Part shown: positions 1 through 8,776 of the stretch, one piece after another
How positions within the stretch are numbered: position 1 is the stretch's first letter
How the letters are laid out: each line of letters opens with the position of its first letter
Assembly: GCA_000387965.1 (NCBI GenBank)
Contig: APJZ01000001.1
Location: forward strand, 30,001 to 62,000
Reading direction: 5' to 3'
DNA length: 32,000 nucleotides
DNA from: Candidatus Nanobsidianus stetteri
Lineage (GTDB): Archaea; Nanobdellota; Nanobdellia; Nanobdellales; Nanobdellaceae
Position numbers and translations under genes: made by a program
The notes under the pieces: model-generated
The model's input: only the letters and a program-made list of their open reading frames with translations
Database searches by the model: none
What the model was told of the DNA's origin: nothing

Positions 1-1
1 T

Positions 2-982
2 CCTACTTCTGGAGAATGTTATACTATAGGAAATCAAGATATAGGAATAAATGTTGGAGGTTATACATATTTGCCTCTTAATTTCCCAATATTTATGTAT
101 GAATATGGATGGACATCTACTTTTCCTCCAAGTCCAGGTTCTGGTGATTCTTCAGGTTATTATGTTGGAATATTAGAATATAATAGTACACAAGGATTGG
201 GATATTTTTTAACTACTCAATATACAAATAATCCAAATTCAATTGGATATTATGATTATTATTATTCAGGATCTGGAGGGGGTATTTCGACCTGTTCGAA
301 AAATATATCTATATTAGGGAGATCCATAAGCATACAGTATCCTTGTTGGGGTCTCAATTATTATTTCGTAGAAGATACTAGTGGAAGTACAAATGGATAT
401 TCAGGATCTGATTATTTTGCCTTTATGCCTCAAGATCAACAAGGAAATTCATATTATTCTCAATATGGAGTATTTTGGTTATATAATTGGTTCCAATCAG
501 GAAGTAATGATATGTTGAATATATTCTTCTTAATGAATGGAAATATTTTCAATTATTCCCTTGCTTTAGAACAATATGAATGGTGCGGATTGTTAAGGTG
601 CTATAGAGCATACGCAATACCGCCAAACCCACCAGCATCTACAATAAACGGAGAACCAATATTCGCACAATCATATATAAATGCGTATAATACGGCGTTT
701 AATCAACAATCAAATTCTCAAAGAGCTTTATATAATTATAGAGCGTTTACTTATAGTGAAGTAAATAGTAATAATTTTGTACCTGGAACTTTTGGATATT
801 ATGAATATTATGCAAGTAGTTCACAATCTCTTACTATAAGCTACTTACAAGATGATGCAAATTATTATAATGGGAATCCTTATTTGTTCATTTCAGCAGG
901 TTCTGGAGGAGGATCTGGTTATATGTATCTAGATTGGGTTATAGTAACATATGGAGTTCCTTATGTTGTGAGTGTATCCTAG
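2..982 (+). CDS. 5'-truncated CDS: Tyr/Gly/Asn/Ser-rich secreted or surface protein, possibly with two LamG/DUF2341-like jelly-roll modules (tentative)
   Basis: Frame 2 is open from nt 2 (PTSGECYTIGNQD...), so the TTG at 71 used by the ORF track is probably internal. The ORF ends at TAG 980-982. There is no TM segment in the visible part, and there are many N-x-S/T sequons. Two module endings (EWCGLLRCYRAYAIPPNPPA and YLDWVIVTYGVPYVV) resemble the DWVRVRKY-type ending of DUF2341/LamG domains; this is from memory, not a search. Confidence 0.6.
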   Translation, partial: PTSGECYTIGNQDIGINVGGYTYLPLNFPIFMYEYGWTSTFPPSPGSGDSSGYYVGILEYNSTQGLGYFLTTQYTNNPNSIGYYDYYYSGSGGGISTCSKNISILGRSISIQYPCWGLNYYFVEDTSGSTNGYSGSDYFAFMPQDQQGNSYYSQYGVFWLYNWFQSGSNDMLNIFFLMNGNIFNYSLALEQYEWCGLLRCYRAYAIPPNPPASTINGEPIFAQSYINAYNTAFNQQSNSQRALYNYRAFTYSEVNSNNFVPGTFGYYEYYASSSQSLTISYLQDDANYYNGNPYLFISAGSGGGSGYMYLDWVIVTYGVPYVVSVS

Positions 983-996
983 AAATTGTTAAAAAA

Positions 997-2133
997 TTAG
1001 CTGGAAGGATTGTATACTTGCTGTGGGGCAACAAAATTTGACAAGTATGTGCCTGCAGGAATATTGATATTTTCTCCATATGAGATTACAGTTCCATTTG
1101 GTTGTACTAACACTAATCCTCCACCACCTAATCCATAATGTCCATATAGTTCTGTCTGATATGCTACTGTTCCTGTTGTGTTTGTCCAATCATATACTGG
1201 CGAGTTTCCTGGTAGTCCTGCTGCATATGTGCCTGGTGTATTCATTGCTTCTACAAAGTTTGATACCCAATTATCATATGTATAAAATCCAGCAATATTT
1301 CCTGGGTTTATATTATTAGCTTCTATTACATAATATGTTTGTCCATTTATTATTGCTTGTTGAATTGGTACTTGGCTATTATTTGCATCAATTACATATA
1401 AATCCTGTAAAGGCACATACGGTTGACCATTTATTGGATCAGTTTGTCCAACAAATTGATTATTTAATTGAACTATTTGATTATGATTTTGTATTATTGT
1501 ATTTGAATATTGACCATCCCATATTACATTCTTTATTTCACTTCCGTTAGGTAATATTAACTCACCTTCAGGATCTATATGTCCATTGTAATTTATTGTT
1601 TGACCATTTGGTACAAATGCTATATATCCAGATCCTAAATATTGTACATGTTCATTATTTGAAGGTAAAGAATGTATAGCATTTAATCCAACCATTATAA
1701 AATATACTATACTAGTACCAGCACCAACTATTATTAATCCATATCCTATTAATTTACCTCTAGGACTTTTATCTGCGTTCATTATATATAATCCTTCCGA
1801 GATTGAAACCCTTGCGGGAGATGGTAATGCTGAAAGCATAATTTTTGGTCCATATTCTAATATTTTATATTTTATTTCTTCTAATTTTTTGTCTAAATAT
1901 TCTGGAAGTTTTTCAATTTTATCTTTAATTGCTATTCCATATTCTAATATTCCACCTTTAACTTTTTGAAGTCCATAATAGGTTTTATCTCTTACATCTT
2001 CTAATCTTTCATCTAAATATTTTAAGGATTCATCAACCTTATCTTTAAAGTTTCTAAAATCACCTTTTACCTTATCTTCTACTTTATGTAAAATATCATC
2101 TAAACCTCCCTTCGAATTTTTGAAAGGTTTCAT
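997..2133 (-). CDS. Orphan type II (N-in/C-out) membrane protein with a repeat-containing helical cytoplasmic head and an Asn/Gln/Gly-rich external domain
   Basis: 378-aa ORF. The first ~100 residues are charged and helical, with an internal repeat ((K/E)YLD(E/K)(R/K)LE...ILEYG occurs twice). One TM helix follows (LIGYGLIIVGAGTSIVYFIMVGLNAI). The remaining ~220 aa are N/Q/G/Y-rich. No family recognised. Confidence 0.65.
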   Translation of the reverse strand: MKPFKNSKGGLDDILHKVEDKVKGDFRNFKDKVDESLKYLDERLEDVRDKTYYGLQKVKGGILEYGIAIKDKIEKLPEYLDKKLEEIKYKILEYGPKIMLSALPSPARVSISEGLYIMNADKSPRGKLIGYGLIIVGAGTSIVYFIMVGLNAIHSLPSNNEHVQYLGSGYIAFVPNGQTINYNGHIDPEGELILPNGSEIKNVIWDGQYSNTIIQNHNQIVQLNNQFVGQTDPINGQPYVPLQDLYVIDANNSQVPIQQAIINGQTYYVIEANNINPGNIAGFYTYDNWVSNFVEAMNTPGTYAAGLPGNSPVYDWTNTTGTVAYQTELYGHYGLGGGGLVLVQPNGTVISYGENINIPAGTYLSNFVAPQQVYNPSS

Positions 2134-2244
2134 ATAATATACTTTTAATAAAATTTTAAAAGTATAACTATTTTCATAGTTATTAAATAAATAAACTTTT
2201 TCATAAAAATCTTATAAATATTTTAATTTCCTAATCTAAGAAAG

Positions 2245-3549
2245 CTAATATAAAATAATAAATACTACAACGCCAACTACTATTATAATAACCCAAATCG
2301 GTATTGAACTAAATAAAGATTTATTTGATGTAGTACTTTGTATTGAATTATAAGATGTATTAGAAGTTGATATTGTGGAATTATTAGAAGTATTATTTAT
2401 AGTATTATTAGTTATATTAATTGTTGTTATATTAGTATATTGACTTATTTGATAAGGCAATGGTGTTATTGCCATATATATTGAACCTTGACCAGTTGAA
2501 ATATTATTTAATCCAAACCATGCTAAATAAAGATCATTATTTAAAATTGATGCCTTTGGAATTATTGTAAACTGTGTTGTATAATTAATAATTGGTTGTA
2601 ATTCTGTACCATTCCAATAATATATACTTAATAAACCAGGTCTCCATGCAATTATAACATATCCATTATTATATAATATTGGAAATGCACTTTCATATAT
2701 TGGTAAATTCAATGTTAAATTTTGATTAATTGTTAATACTCCATTATAAAATTGATATAAAGAATTACCAACAAAACCAATATATGTTGTATTTACAAAT
2801 TCAATACTTCCATTGTTCATGTTTACTAAAGCAATAGTTCCATTTAAAAATTGAACAGTAACCAAACCATTATTTGCAGAAAGAATATCAAGAATACCCG
2901 GAATATTTAAAGATTTAATAACATTGCCTGAAAGTGTTAATTCTTCAAGTATTGTATTATTATATGTAAGGGATAATGTAGGTTCATAAACTAAATATAT
3001 ATAATTTCCATCACTAGCATAACTTAATGCATCACCATTGTTTGTTAAATTAATAACAGGACCCCAAACATTATTATTTAATATTGAAGCTTGAAGAAGA
3101 ATTGTTAAATTATTTAAAATAGGCAATATTTCACTAGTTGATGTTGTATTTGATGTAATATTCATAATGGCAAAATTACTAGGGGTTGGTGGTGTACCAG
3201 CCCATAACATCATTAATGATCCATTATTTAATTCAACTAATAATGGACTATCTTCTCCTAAATCATTGAAATTTGGTAAAGGTGCATTCATTTCTTCAGT
3301 TCCATTAAATATAACACCATTAATAATATTTACACCTGATGGAGATTCTTCAGTATAATAAATATAAACAAGACCATTATAACTAGTTATTGAAAATCCA
3401 TTACCAAAACTAGTATTATTAGTTATAATAATAATTGACGTATTTGTATATTGTTGTCCATTTAAATTTGTCTATGCCATAATTTTTGTATTCAACATTA
3501 TTAAAAATAATATAAAAAATATAACTATTGCTTTAATTTTATTTTTCAT
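2245..3549 (-). pseudogene. Surface (glyco)protein gene interrupted by one in-frame TAG: signal peptide, repeat-rich beta-type ectodomain, Ser/Thr/Asn stalk and C-terminal TM anchor
   Basis: The ATG at 3549 encodes MKNKIKAIVIFFILFLIMLNTKIMA, followed by TAG at 3474..3472. The same frame then stays open for 60 more codons (TNLNGQQYTNTSIIIITNNTSFGNGFSITSYNGLVYIYYTEESPSGVNIINGVIFNGTEE) straight into the track ORF 2245..3291 (MNAPLPNF...). 3549-3291=258, which is divisible by 3. The C-terminus is NITTINITNNTINNTSNNSTISTSNTSYNSIQSTTSNKS followed by the TM segment IPIWVIIIVVGVVVFIILY. Recurrent motifs of the form NG-x-hydrophobic strand suggest a propeller or beta-sandwich repeat. Confidence 0.6.
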
Positions 3550-3640
3550 ATAATTTTTTAGTAATTATTATTTTTAAGTATTATAGTTATTAAAAATTTA
3601 TTATAAAAAATTAATAAAGTCCAAGATTTTTATAATTGGT
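3550..3640. promoter_or_regulatory. Divergent promoter region between the interrupted surface-protein gene (-) and the nine-gene operon (+)
   Basis: 91-bp AT-only spacer. TATA-like TTTATTATAAAAAA (about 3598-3610) lies ~30-40 nt upstream of ATG 3641. A TATA-like element around 3571-3586 lies ~25-30 nt upstream of the - strand ATG at 3549. Assignment is by position only. Confidence 0.4.
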
Positions 3641-4843
3641 ATGAAATCTATAAGCGATAGTGTAATAGAACTTATTATTGCAATTATTATTATAATATTT
3701 GTAATAATTTTTTTCTTTAGCGCATTAAAAGGTCTTAGTTATGCTGGTAGACCAGAAGCAAAATTTGGATATGCATTAGCAGGAAGTATAAGTTTTATGA
3801 TAAATCCAGTAGCACAGGGAATATCTGATGCTGCAACAATTGCAAATGATGTATTAATAGGGGTTTTTGTTGCTGCAACTGTTGCTGGTATTGTTTCTGG
3901 AATTAAAGCAAATTATGACGAGAATGTACAGTTTTTAGAGAGTATAGGATATGACGAAGAAGCTATACAGAATATAAATAATAAATATCTGCTATTTGAA
4001 GATATTGAAAATGGAGGTTTCCCAACAGATAAAATTGCGTCTGGTATTGTAAATGCATATAAAACCACATTTTTAAATCCATTGGGTGCAAGTTTATTGG
4101 GAGGAACACTTGGTTTAGATGCTATATCATATTTATTAAATAATTTAGCACATTCAATGCAAGCACCAATTTTATATTATTTAGTTCCAGAAGGTGTAGT
4201 AGCTGTGAATTTAAGTAATATTGGTAATGCTCAAGTAAATGAAATGCTTAATGATTTAAATCAATCATATGCAAATTATATAGAACAAAACAATATTTGT
4301 AGTAATCCAACGTCATCAGAATGTCAAAATTTATATGCAACATATTTAATTGCAAAATATTTATTCTATACATATGGAGAAACATTAGGACAGAGTGTAA
4401 CTATCTCAGGTAATCATAATGAATATGCGATATTATTATTTGACTATAACAGTGATTATAGTGTTACATTAAATGATGTTTTATGTATGTTAGAAATGAT
4501 GAAATATTATAATCAAGTTCCATTAGAAGTTATGTATGGAAATAATACAATATATAATAGTAATAATAATATTGCTTGTCAGGTTTTAAGTAATGTGTAT
4601 TCCAGTGCAATGTCTTCAAATCCTCAAGATGCAAATAATGTATATAATAAATTATTAGTAAATTCATATGAAGTAGATCAAAGTGGTAATGCTAACCAAT
4701 TAAGTTCAACTTCAAATAATCCAGAACCAAATGATGTTATAATTATCCCAGCTATACAACCACCAGATGGTATAATAATTGAATATACATATGAAGGAGG
4801 AAATAGAGCAATCTTATTAACATCAATTTCAGGTGAAAGTTAA
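3641..4843 (+). CDS. Operon gene 1: orphan membrane-anchored surface protein (two N-terminal hydrophobic segments and a ~300-aa ectodomain)
   Basis: 400-aa ORF. The N-terminus is MKSISDSVIELIIAIIIIIFVIIFFFSAL, with a second hydrophobic segment VLIGVFVAATVAGIVSGI. The remainder is N/Y-rich with sequons and 4 Cys. No family recognised. Confidence 0.7.
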   Translation: MKSISDSVIELIIAIIIIIFVIIFFFSALKGLSYAGRPEAKFGYALAGSISFMINPVAQGISDAATIANDVLIGVFVAATVAGIVSGIKANYDENVQFLESIGYDEEAIQNINNKYLLFEDIENGGFPTDKIASGIVNAYKTTFLNPLGASLLGGTLGLDAISYLLNNLAHSMQAPILYYLVPEGVVAVNLSNIGNAQVNEMLNDLNQSYANYIEQNNICSNPTSSECQNLYATYLIAKYLFYTYGETLGQSVTISGNHNEYAILLFDYNSDYSVTLNDVLCMLEMMKYYNQVPLEVMYGNNTIYNSNNNIACQVLSNVYSSAMSSNPQDANNVYNKLLVNSYEVDQSGNANQLSSTSNNPEPNDVIIIPAIQPPDGIIIEYTYEGGNRAILLTSISGES

Positions 4844-4853
4844 TTTATAAATT
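4844..4853 (+). promoter_or_regulatory. TATA-box-like element (TTTATAAATT) positioned for a leaderless transcript starting at ATG 4874
   Basis: TTTATAAATT follows the stop of gene 1 directly. Its centre is ~26 nt upstream of the ATG at 4874, which is the classic archaeal TATA-to-TSS spacing. Confidence 0.4.
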
Positions 4854-4873
4854 GCAAAGTTTTTAGATTTATA

Positions 4874-5020
4874 ATGGAAACTGGAGAACTTTTAAAGATA
4901 ATCCTTGCATTAATATTCATTATATTAATATTAATATTTGTTTTTATTGTATTAGGACCAAAATTAGGGCTAAATATAAATATATTTGCTCAATATCAAT
5001 TAATAGGAGGAAATGGATAA
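4874..5020 (+). CDS. Operon gene 2 (not in the ORF track): 48-aa hydrophobic pilin-like small protein
   Basis: Translated by hand as METGELLKIILALIFIILILIFVFIVLGPKLGLNINIFAQYQLIGGNG*. The TAA at 5018-5020 overlaps the next start (ATGGATAA). A short polar N-terminus ending in Gly precedes a ~24-aa hydrophobic helix. GGAGG at 5006-5010 serves the downstream gene. Confidence 0.55.
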   Translation: METGELLKIILALIFIILILIFVFIVLGPKLGLNINIFAQYQLIGGNG

Positions 5021-5198
5021 AAAAACACAAGTAAATACATTTTTAGTAGCAATAATATTACTTGTTGTTGCTTTATTATTGTTAGCAATATTTATGTACT
5101 TTTATTTTAAAGGAGGAGTAAATTTATTTAATAGTATACCTCAAACAAATGGCACAAGTGTTGTAAATAATATAAATAGTAACAACTATGGAGGCTGA
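5013..5198 (+). CDS. Operon gene 3: 61-aa small single-helix (pilin-like) protein
   Basis: The sequence is MDKKTQVNTFLVAIILLVVALLLLAIFMYFYFKGG... followed by a polar N/S-rich tail. GGAGG lies 3 nt upstream of the start. The gene overlaps gene 2 by 8 nt and gene 4 by 11 nt. Confidence 0.6.
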   Translation: MDKKTQVNTFLVAIILLVVALLLLAIFMYFYFKGGVNLFNSIPQTNGTSVVNNINSNNYGG

Positions 5199-5349
5199 TA
5201 ATTCAATAAATTTTTTAATATTTTTAATTATTGCAATAGTAATAATTGTTTTAGCAATAATATTTTATTATTATATGGTAAGTCATTCCATGCAAGTAAA
5301 TGTAACAATCGTAGGATATAAAATATTAAATCAATCTGGATTAGGATAA
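5188..5349 (+). CDS. Operon gene 4 (not in the ORF track): 53-aa small single-helix (pilin-like) protein
   Basis: Translated by hand as MEADNSINFLIFLIIAIVIIVLAIIFYYYMVSHSMQVNVTIVGYKILNQSGLG*. The TAA is at 5347-5349, and the next gene starts at 5351. Confidence 0.55.
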   Translation: MEADNSINFLIFLIIAIVIIVLAIIFYYYMVSHSMQVNVTIVGYKILNQSGLG

Positions 5350-5350
5350 T

Positions 5351-6295
5351 ATGAGAGGAGATTTTCTTAGAATAATTTTTGATATAATAGTATTAATCGT
5401 ATTGGCAGTTTTAATATACTTTATTATTGTGACATTTATTGGAGTTGCTATGGGAAATGAGGCAAGATATATTGGATATTTAAATGCAATTGCTAGTGAT
5501 ATAAATAATCCAGGTAATTCAGGTAATGGAGAAGTATTTATAAATAATTATGATTATAATTATGTTTTTGTATTAACAAATAATAATAATGCATGGTATT
5601 TGCAATTATATCATTGTTTTCCTCCAAATCAGGTTGTAGGTCTCTTATCTGTTAAAGTAGTATATTGGAATGTTTCTACGACAGATAATGGAAATACTAT
5701 TATATTTGCACCAGCATTGGCATTTTGTAAATTAGTAAAACAAGAATCATTAAATGTAAATCAAATAAATATAAACATACAAGGATTAAATGATAATGCT
5801 GGTTTATTAGCATATTCTAATAATGAGAACTTAGGTATCTTTCAAATTTTTGTAAATATAATTGATAATTTCTTTCCAGGATCGTCTTCGTTCTTTCTTA
5901 CTATAGTAAATGATACAACAATAACTTGTAATAGTAATGGATGTAAATTTACGTCAACAATCAATGAAAATGGCAATACATATCAAGAAAGTGGTTATAT
6001 ATATTGTGATCCAAATCCAAATGTAAATACAAATAATAATAATTTGCCATATAACCCAGCAGATTGTGTAGAATTATCAGGATTTCCACAGAATCCTCAA
6101 ATACAGCTCAGTAATCTTGAAGGTGAGATAATAAGTTCTGAAACATTTACTTCTCTCATTCAACTATTCCAAACAAACTTTCCATTATTATATTTTGCAG
6201 GTTCTTTACCACCAACAGTAATGGATATAGAAGTAAATAGCAATGGAAATACAGCAAATATTAATATATACATAGGAGAAACTGTTTCTACATAA
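5351..6295 (+). CDS. Operon gene 5: orphan N-terminally anchored surface protein
   Basis: 314 aa. The N-terminus is MRG-DFLRIIFDIIVLIVLAVLIYFIIVTFIG (basic residue, Gly, then a hydrophobic helix carrying early acidic residues). The ectodomain is N-rich with sequons and 6 Cys. One nt separates it from each flanking gene. Confidence 0.7.
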   Translation: MRGDFLRIIFDIIVLIVLAVLIYFIIVTFIGVAMGNEARYIGYLNAIASDINNPGNSGNGEVFINNYDYNYVFVLTNNNNAWYLQLYHCFPPNQVVGLLSVKVVYWNVSTTDNGNTIIFAPALAFCKLVKQESLNVNQININIQGLNDNAGLLAYSNNENLGIFQIFVNIIDNFFPGSSSFFLTIVNDTTITCNSNGCKFTSTINENGNTYQESGYIYCDPNPNVNTNNNNLPYNPADCVELSGFPQNPQIQLSNLEGEIISSETFTSLIQLFQTNFPLLYFAGSLPPTVMDIEVNSNGNTANINIYIGETVST

Positions 6296-6296
6296 T

Positions 6297-7409
6297 ATGG
6301 ATGTTGATGGATTATTAGATGCAATAGTAGCATCAATATTTTTAATAATTGTATCATTAATAGGAATATATTTTCCATATATTGTTGCAAGAATATTTGG
6401 TACACATAATCCTTATTTAATATTGGAAGTTGCTGGTTTTATTACATATTCAACATCAGAACCTGGAAATATGACGGCAGCATTTTTAGTAACAAATGCC
6501 CCAGACTTCTTTTATGAATTTAGGATAATTCCTCCAATACAATCATCCGCTCTGTTTATTCCTTTATATAATAATAATGACTTTTTAGTTAGTATTGGAG
6601 AATGTTATGTAAATAATCTATGGCAACAACTTGCAGATGATGCATTAAATTCTTTTTTGACTGAGGTATTTTCATATTTACCAGGATTAAAGAATGGTGT
6701 TATTACAAAACCTTTAGCAGATGTTTTAAATGATGTATTTAAATCTTCATCACAAATTGCAAAACAAACGGCAATAGGTGCTGCTGGCATGTATGGATTA
6801 TATACATATCAATCTACACTTTTACAATACACATCTGGAAATTATAATATATGGGGAGACATTTTTAATGCATTGCAATCTTCTGTGGGACCCACCTTAT
6901 GGTCTACTGTAGAATTTACCATAATGCAAGTTGGAGATATGATATTAGATGAAACTTTACCACCTCCAGCCGATTTTGTAGCTGGTTTTGCATTTAATTT
7001 AGCATTTACTTCAGCAATTACTTTATATCAATATTGGCAAGATACATCGAATCCATATGCTAGTTGCTATTATAATCAATTTATACAACAAAACACTAAA
7101 TTTCTCTTTTTGTCAATTCCAAATGGGGAATATACAGTATATCAACCATATTTAACATTAACAATATATTATAATCCAAACTTTACATTTTATAATGGAT
7201 GTAATGATTATTATTTATGTGATACAAGTTTTACATACATTTATGACCCACAAGATAATTCACAGGATAACATATTCAAACTAGATTTGGGAAATGTAGA
7301 TAATAATGGTAATCAAGTATTTCCAGAGTTTATTATTTTATCAAAAGTAGGTATGCAATCTGGAGGCCCATATTTAAATGTATCAATATTATCTTCTACA
7401 TTATCATGA
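6297..7409 (+). CDS. Operon gene 6: orphan N-terminally anchored surface protein
   Basis: 370 aa. The N-terminus MDVDG-LLDAIVASIFLIIVSLIGIYF fits the [DEKR][GA]-hydrophobic class III-like pattern best of the set. It has 4 Cys. An ATGA overlap links it to the next gene. Confidence 0.7.
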   Translation: MDVDGLLDAIVASIFLIIVSLIGIYFPYIVARIFGTHNPYLILEVAGFITYSTSEPGNMTAAFLVTNAPDFFYEFRIIPPIQSSALFIPLYNNNDFLVSIGECYVNNLWQQLADDALNSFLTEVFSYLPGLKNGVITKPLADVLNDVFKSSSQIAKQTAIGAAGMYGLYTYQSTLLQYTSGNYNIWGDIFNALQSSVGPTLWSTVEFTIMQVGDMILDETLPPPADFVAGFAFNLAFTSAITLYQYWQDTSNPYASCYYNQFIQQNTKFLFLSIPNGEYTVYQPYLTLTIYYNPNFTFYNGCNDYYLCDTSFTYIYDPQDNSQDNIFKLDLGNVDNNGNQVFPEFIILSKVGMQSGGPYLNVSILSSTLS

Positions 7410-8272
7410 GGTCATTATCTTTAAAAGATATAATTGAATATATAGCCGCTGCGGTTGTTATAATATTCGCATTTTTTATTGTAGCAATATTATATGCATT
7501 ATTTAATATTGAATCGTATTCTGAATATACCTATCAACAATTTACAAATAGTCTATTAATTGATAGATTAAATTATTGTTTATATGAAGATACAGGAAAT
7601 CCCTTATTATTATTTTATGCTCCAAATCCAAATATTATTAATGAATATAATAATGTATATCAACAGTGTTTTATGAATGTATCAGGAACGTTATATTATT
7701 TTATTAATGAATCAAATCAGTCAAATGAAGCTATATATACTTATCTAAATCTCTCTTATGACGATTATATATATTTCTTTTTCTATGATATTAACAATAT
7801 AAATTATTCATATTCTTATGATCCATATAACCTTAGTTTTGAAAATAATATAAGTGTTAATCCATATTATGTTGCATATAATATTTATAATGTAAGTTAT
7901 ACATACGAAAATCTACCATCTTTAAACCAATTTTTAATCAATTATTTCTATAATTATAGTTTATATATATTTAATAAGACAGAATATATGTATCAAAACT
8001 ACCAATTTATAAACAATACAAAAATACTTAATACTGTTGCAAATGTAAAAGCTGGAAATTACAAAACTAAATATTATTATAATGAGGTATATATTCAACC
8101 AATAGCATCATATTATATTACTCTACCAGAATATGATAGTGGAGAACCAGTAATAGTATCTTTATATGGTGTAGGAAAACTTTATATGAATGGTATATAT
8201 AATGAGACATGTAATATAATTGCTGGAGGCCAAATAAATATATCTTCATGTCAAATTAATCAAATACAATGA
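7406..8272 (+). CDS. Operon gene 7: orphan N-terminally anchored, heavily sequon-decorated protein
   Basis: 288 aa. The N-terminus is MRSLSLKDIIEYIAAAVVIIFAFFIVAILYALF. I count 13 N-x-S/T sequons by eye and 4 Cys. ATGA overlaps occur at both ends. Confidence 0.7.
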   Translation: MRSLSLKDIIEYIAAAVVIIFAFFIVAILYALFNIESYSEYTYQQFTNSLLIDRLNYCLYEDTGNPLLLFYAPNPNIINEYNNVYQQCFMNVSGTLYYFINESNQSNEAIYTYLNLSYDDYIYFFFYDINNINYSYSYDPYNLSFENNISVNPYYVAYNIYNVSYTYENLPSLNQFLINYFYNYSLYIFNKTEYMYQNYQFINNTKILNTVANVKAGNYKTKYYYNEVYIQPIASYYITLPEYDSGEPVIVSLYGVGKLYMNGIYNETCNIIAGGQINISSCQINQIQ

Positions 8273-8751
8273 AAATACAAATTGGTTTCTTTTTATCATT
8301 TATTGCTGCAGTAATTATTGTTATAGTTTTACTATTTATATTTTTATTTAACATATTTTCATATGGAAATCCAACACTAAATAATATTGCAAGTTTAAAT
8401 GCTGTTGGTATTGAATATAAATCTGCAAATGGTTTTTTAGATTCTTTAATTTATTTTGATAATGTAACTGTACCGGTAATAGATATATATGCAGGATTTT
8501 ATAATAATACAGCATTGGATAATTATATAATAAATGAATTAGCGAATGAAGAATTATATTATTTAAATAATTCTACTACAATTTTATCATTCTATTTTAA
8601 TAATAATACAATCATTGGTGTATGTCCAAATAAAGAATATATAAATTATGATGTTTATTTAAATGGTGAATCATATACATTCTATGTTTGTCCACCAACA
8701 GTATTATATAATTTTTATGTAAATTATAGTAGTTATATAACTCAAAGTTAA
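8269..8751 (+). CDS. Operon gene 8: orphan N-terminally anchored small surface protein
   Basis: 160 aa. The N-terminus is MKIQIG-FFLSFIAAVIIVIVLLFIFLF. It has 2 Cys and several sequons (NVT, NNT, NNS, NNT, NYS). Confidence 0.7.
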   Translation: MKIQIGFFLSFIAAVIIVIVLLFIFLFNIFSYGNPTLNNIASLNAVGIEYKSANGFLDSLIYFDNVTVPVIDIYAGFYNNTALDNYIINELANEELYYLNNSTTILSFYFNNNTIIGVCPNKEYINYDVYLNGESYTFYVCPPTVLYNFYVNYSSYITQS

Positions 8752-8776
8752 TAATTTTAAAATTTATTGAATTTAT

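Noticed and set aside
71-73. TTG at 71 as the start codon of the first gene.
   Set aside because: The frame is open back to nt 2 with the same composition, so the gene most likely begins upstream of the window.
2164-2183. A 7-bp hairpin (ATAACTA / TAGTTAT) between the two - strand surface-protein genes.
   Set aside because: The stem is almost entirely A/T (one G-C pair) and of a length expected by chance in DNA this AT-rich, with no flanking T-tract pattern strong enough to call a terminator.
3472-3474. The in-frame TAG as evidence of TAG reassignment or pyrrolysine decoding.
   Set aside because: TAG ends several well-delimited genes here (stops at 982, 10264, 11316 and 13715). No pyl genes or PYLIS-like context are visible, so genome-wide recoding is unlikely.
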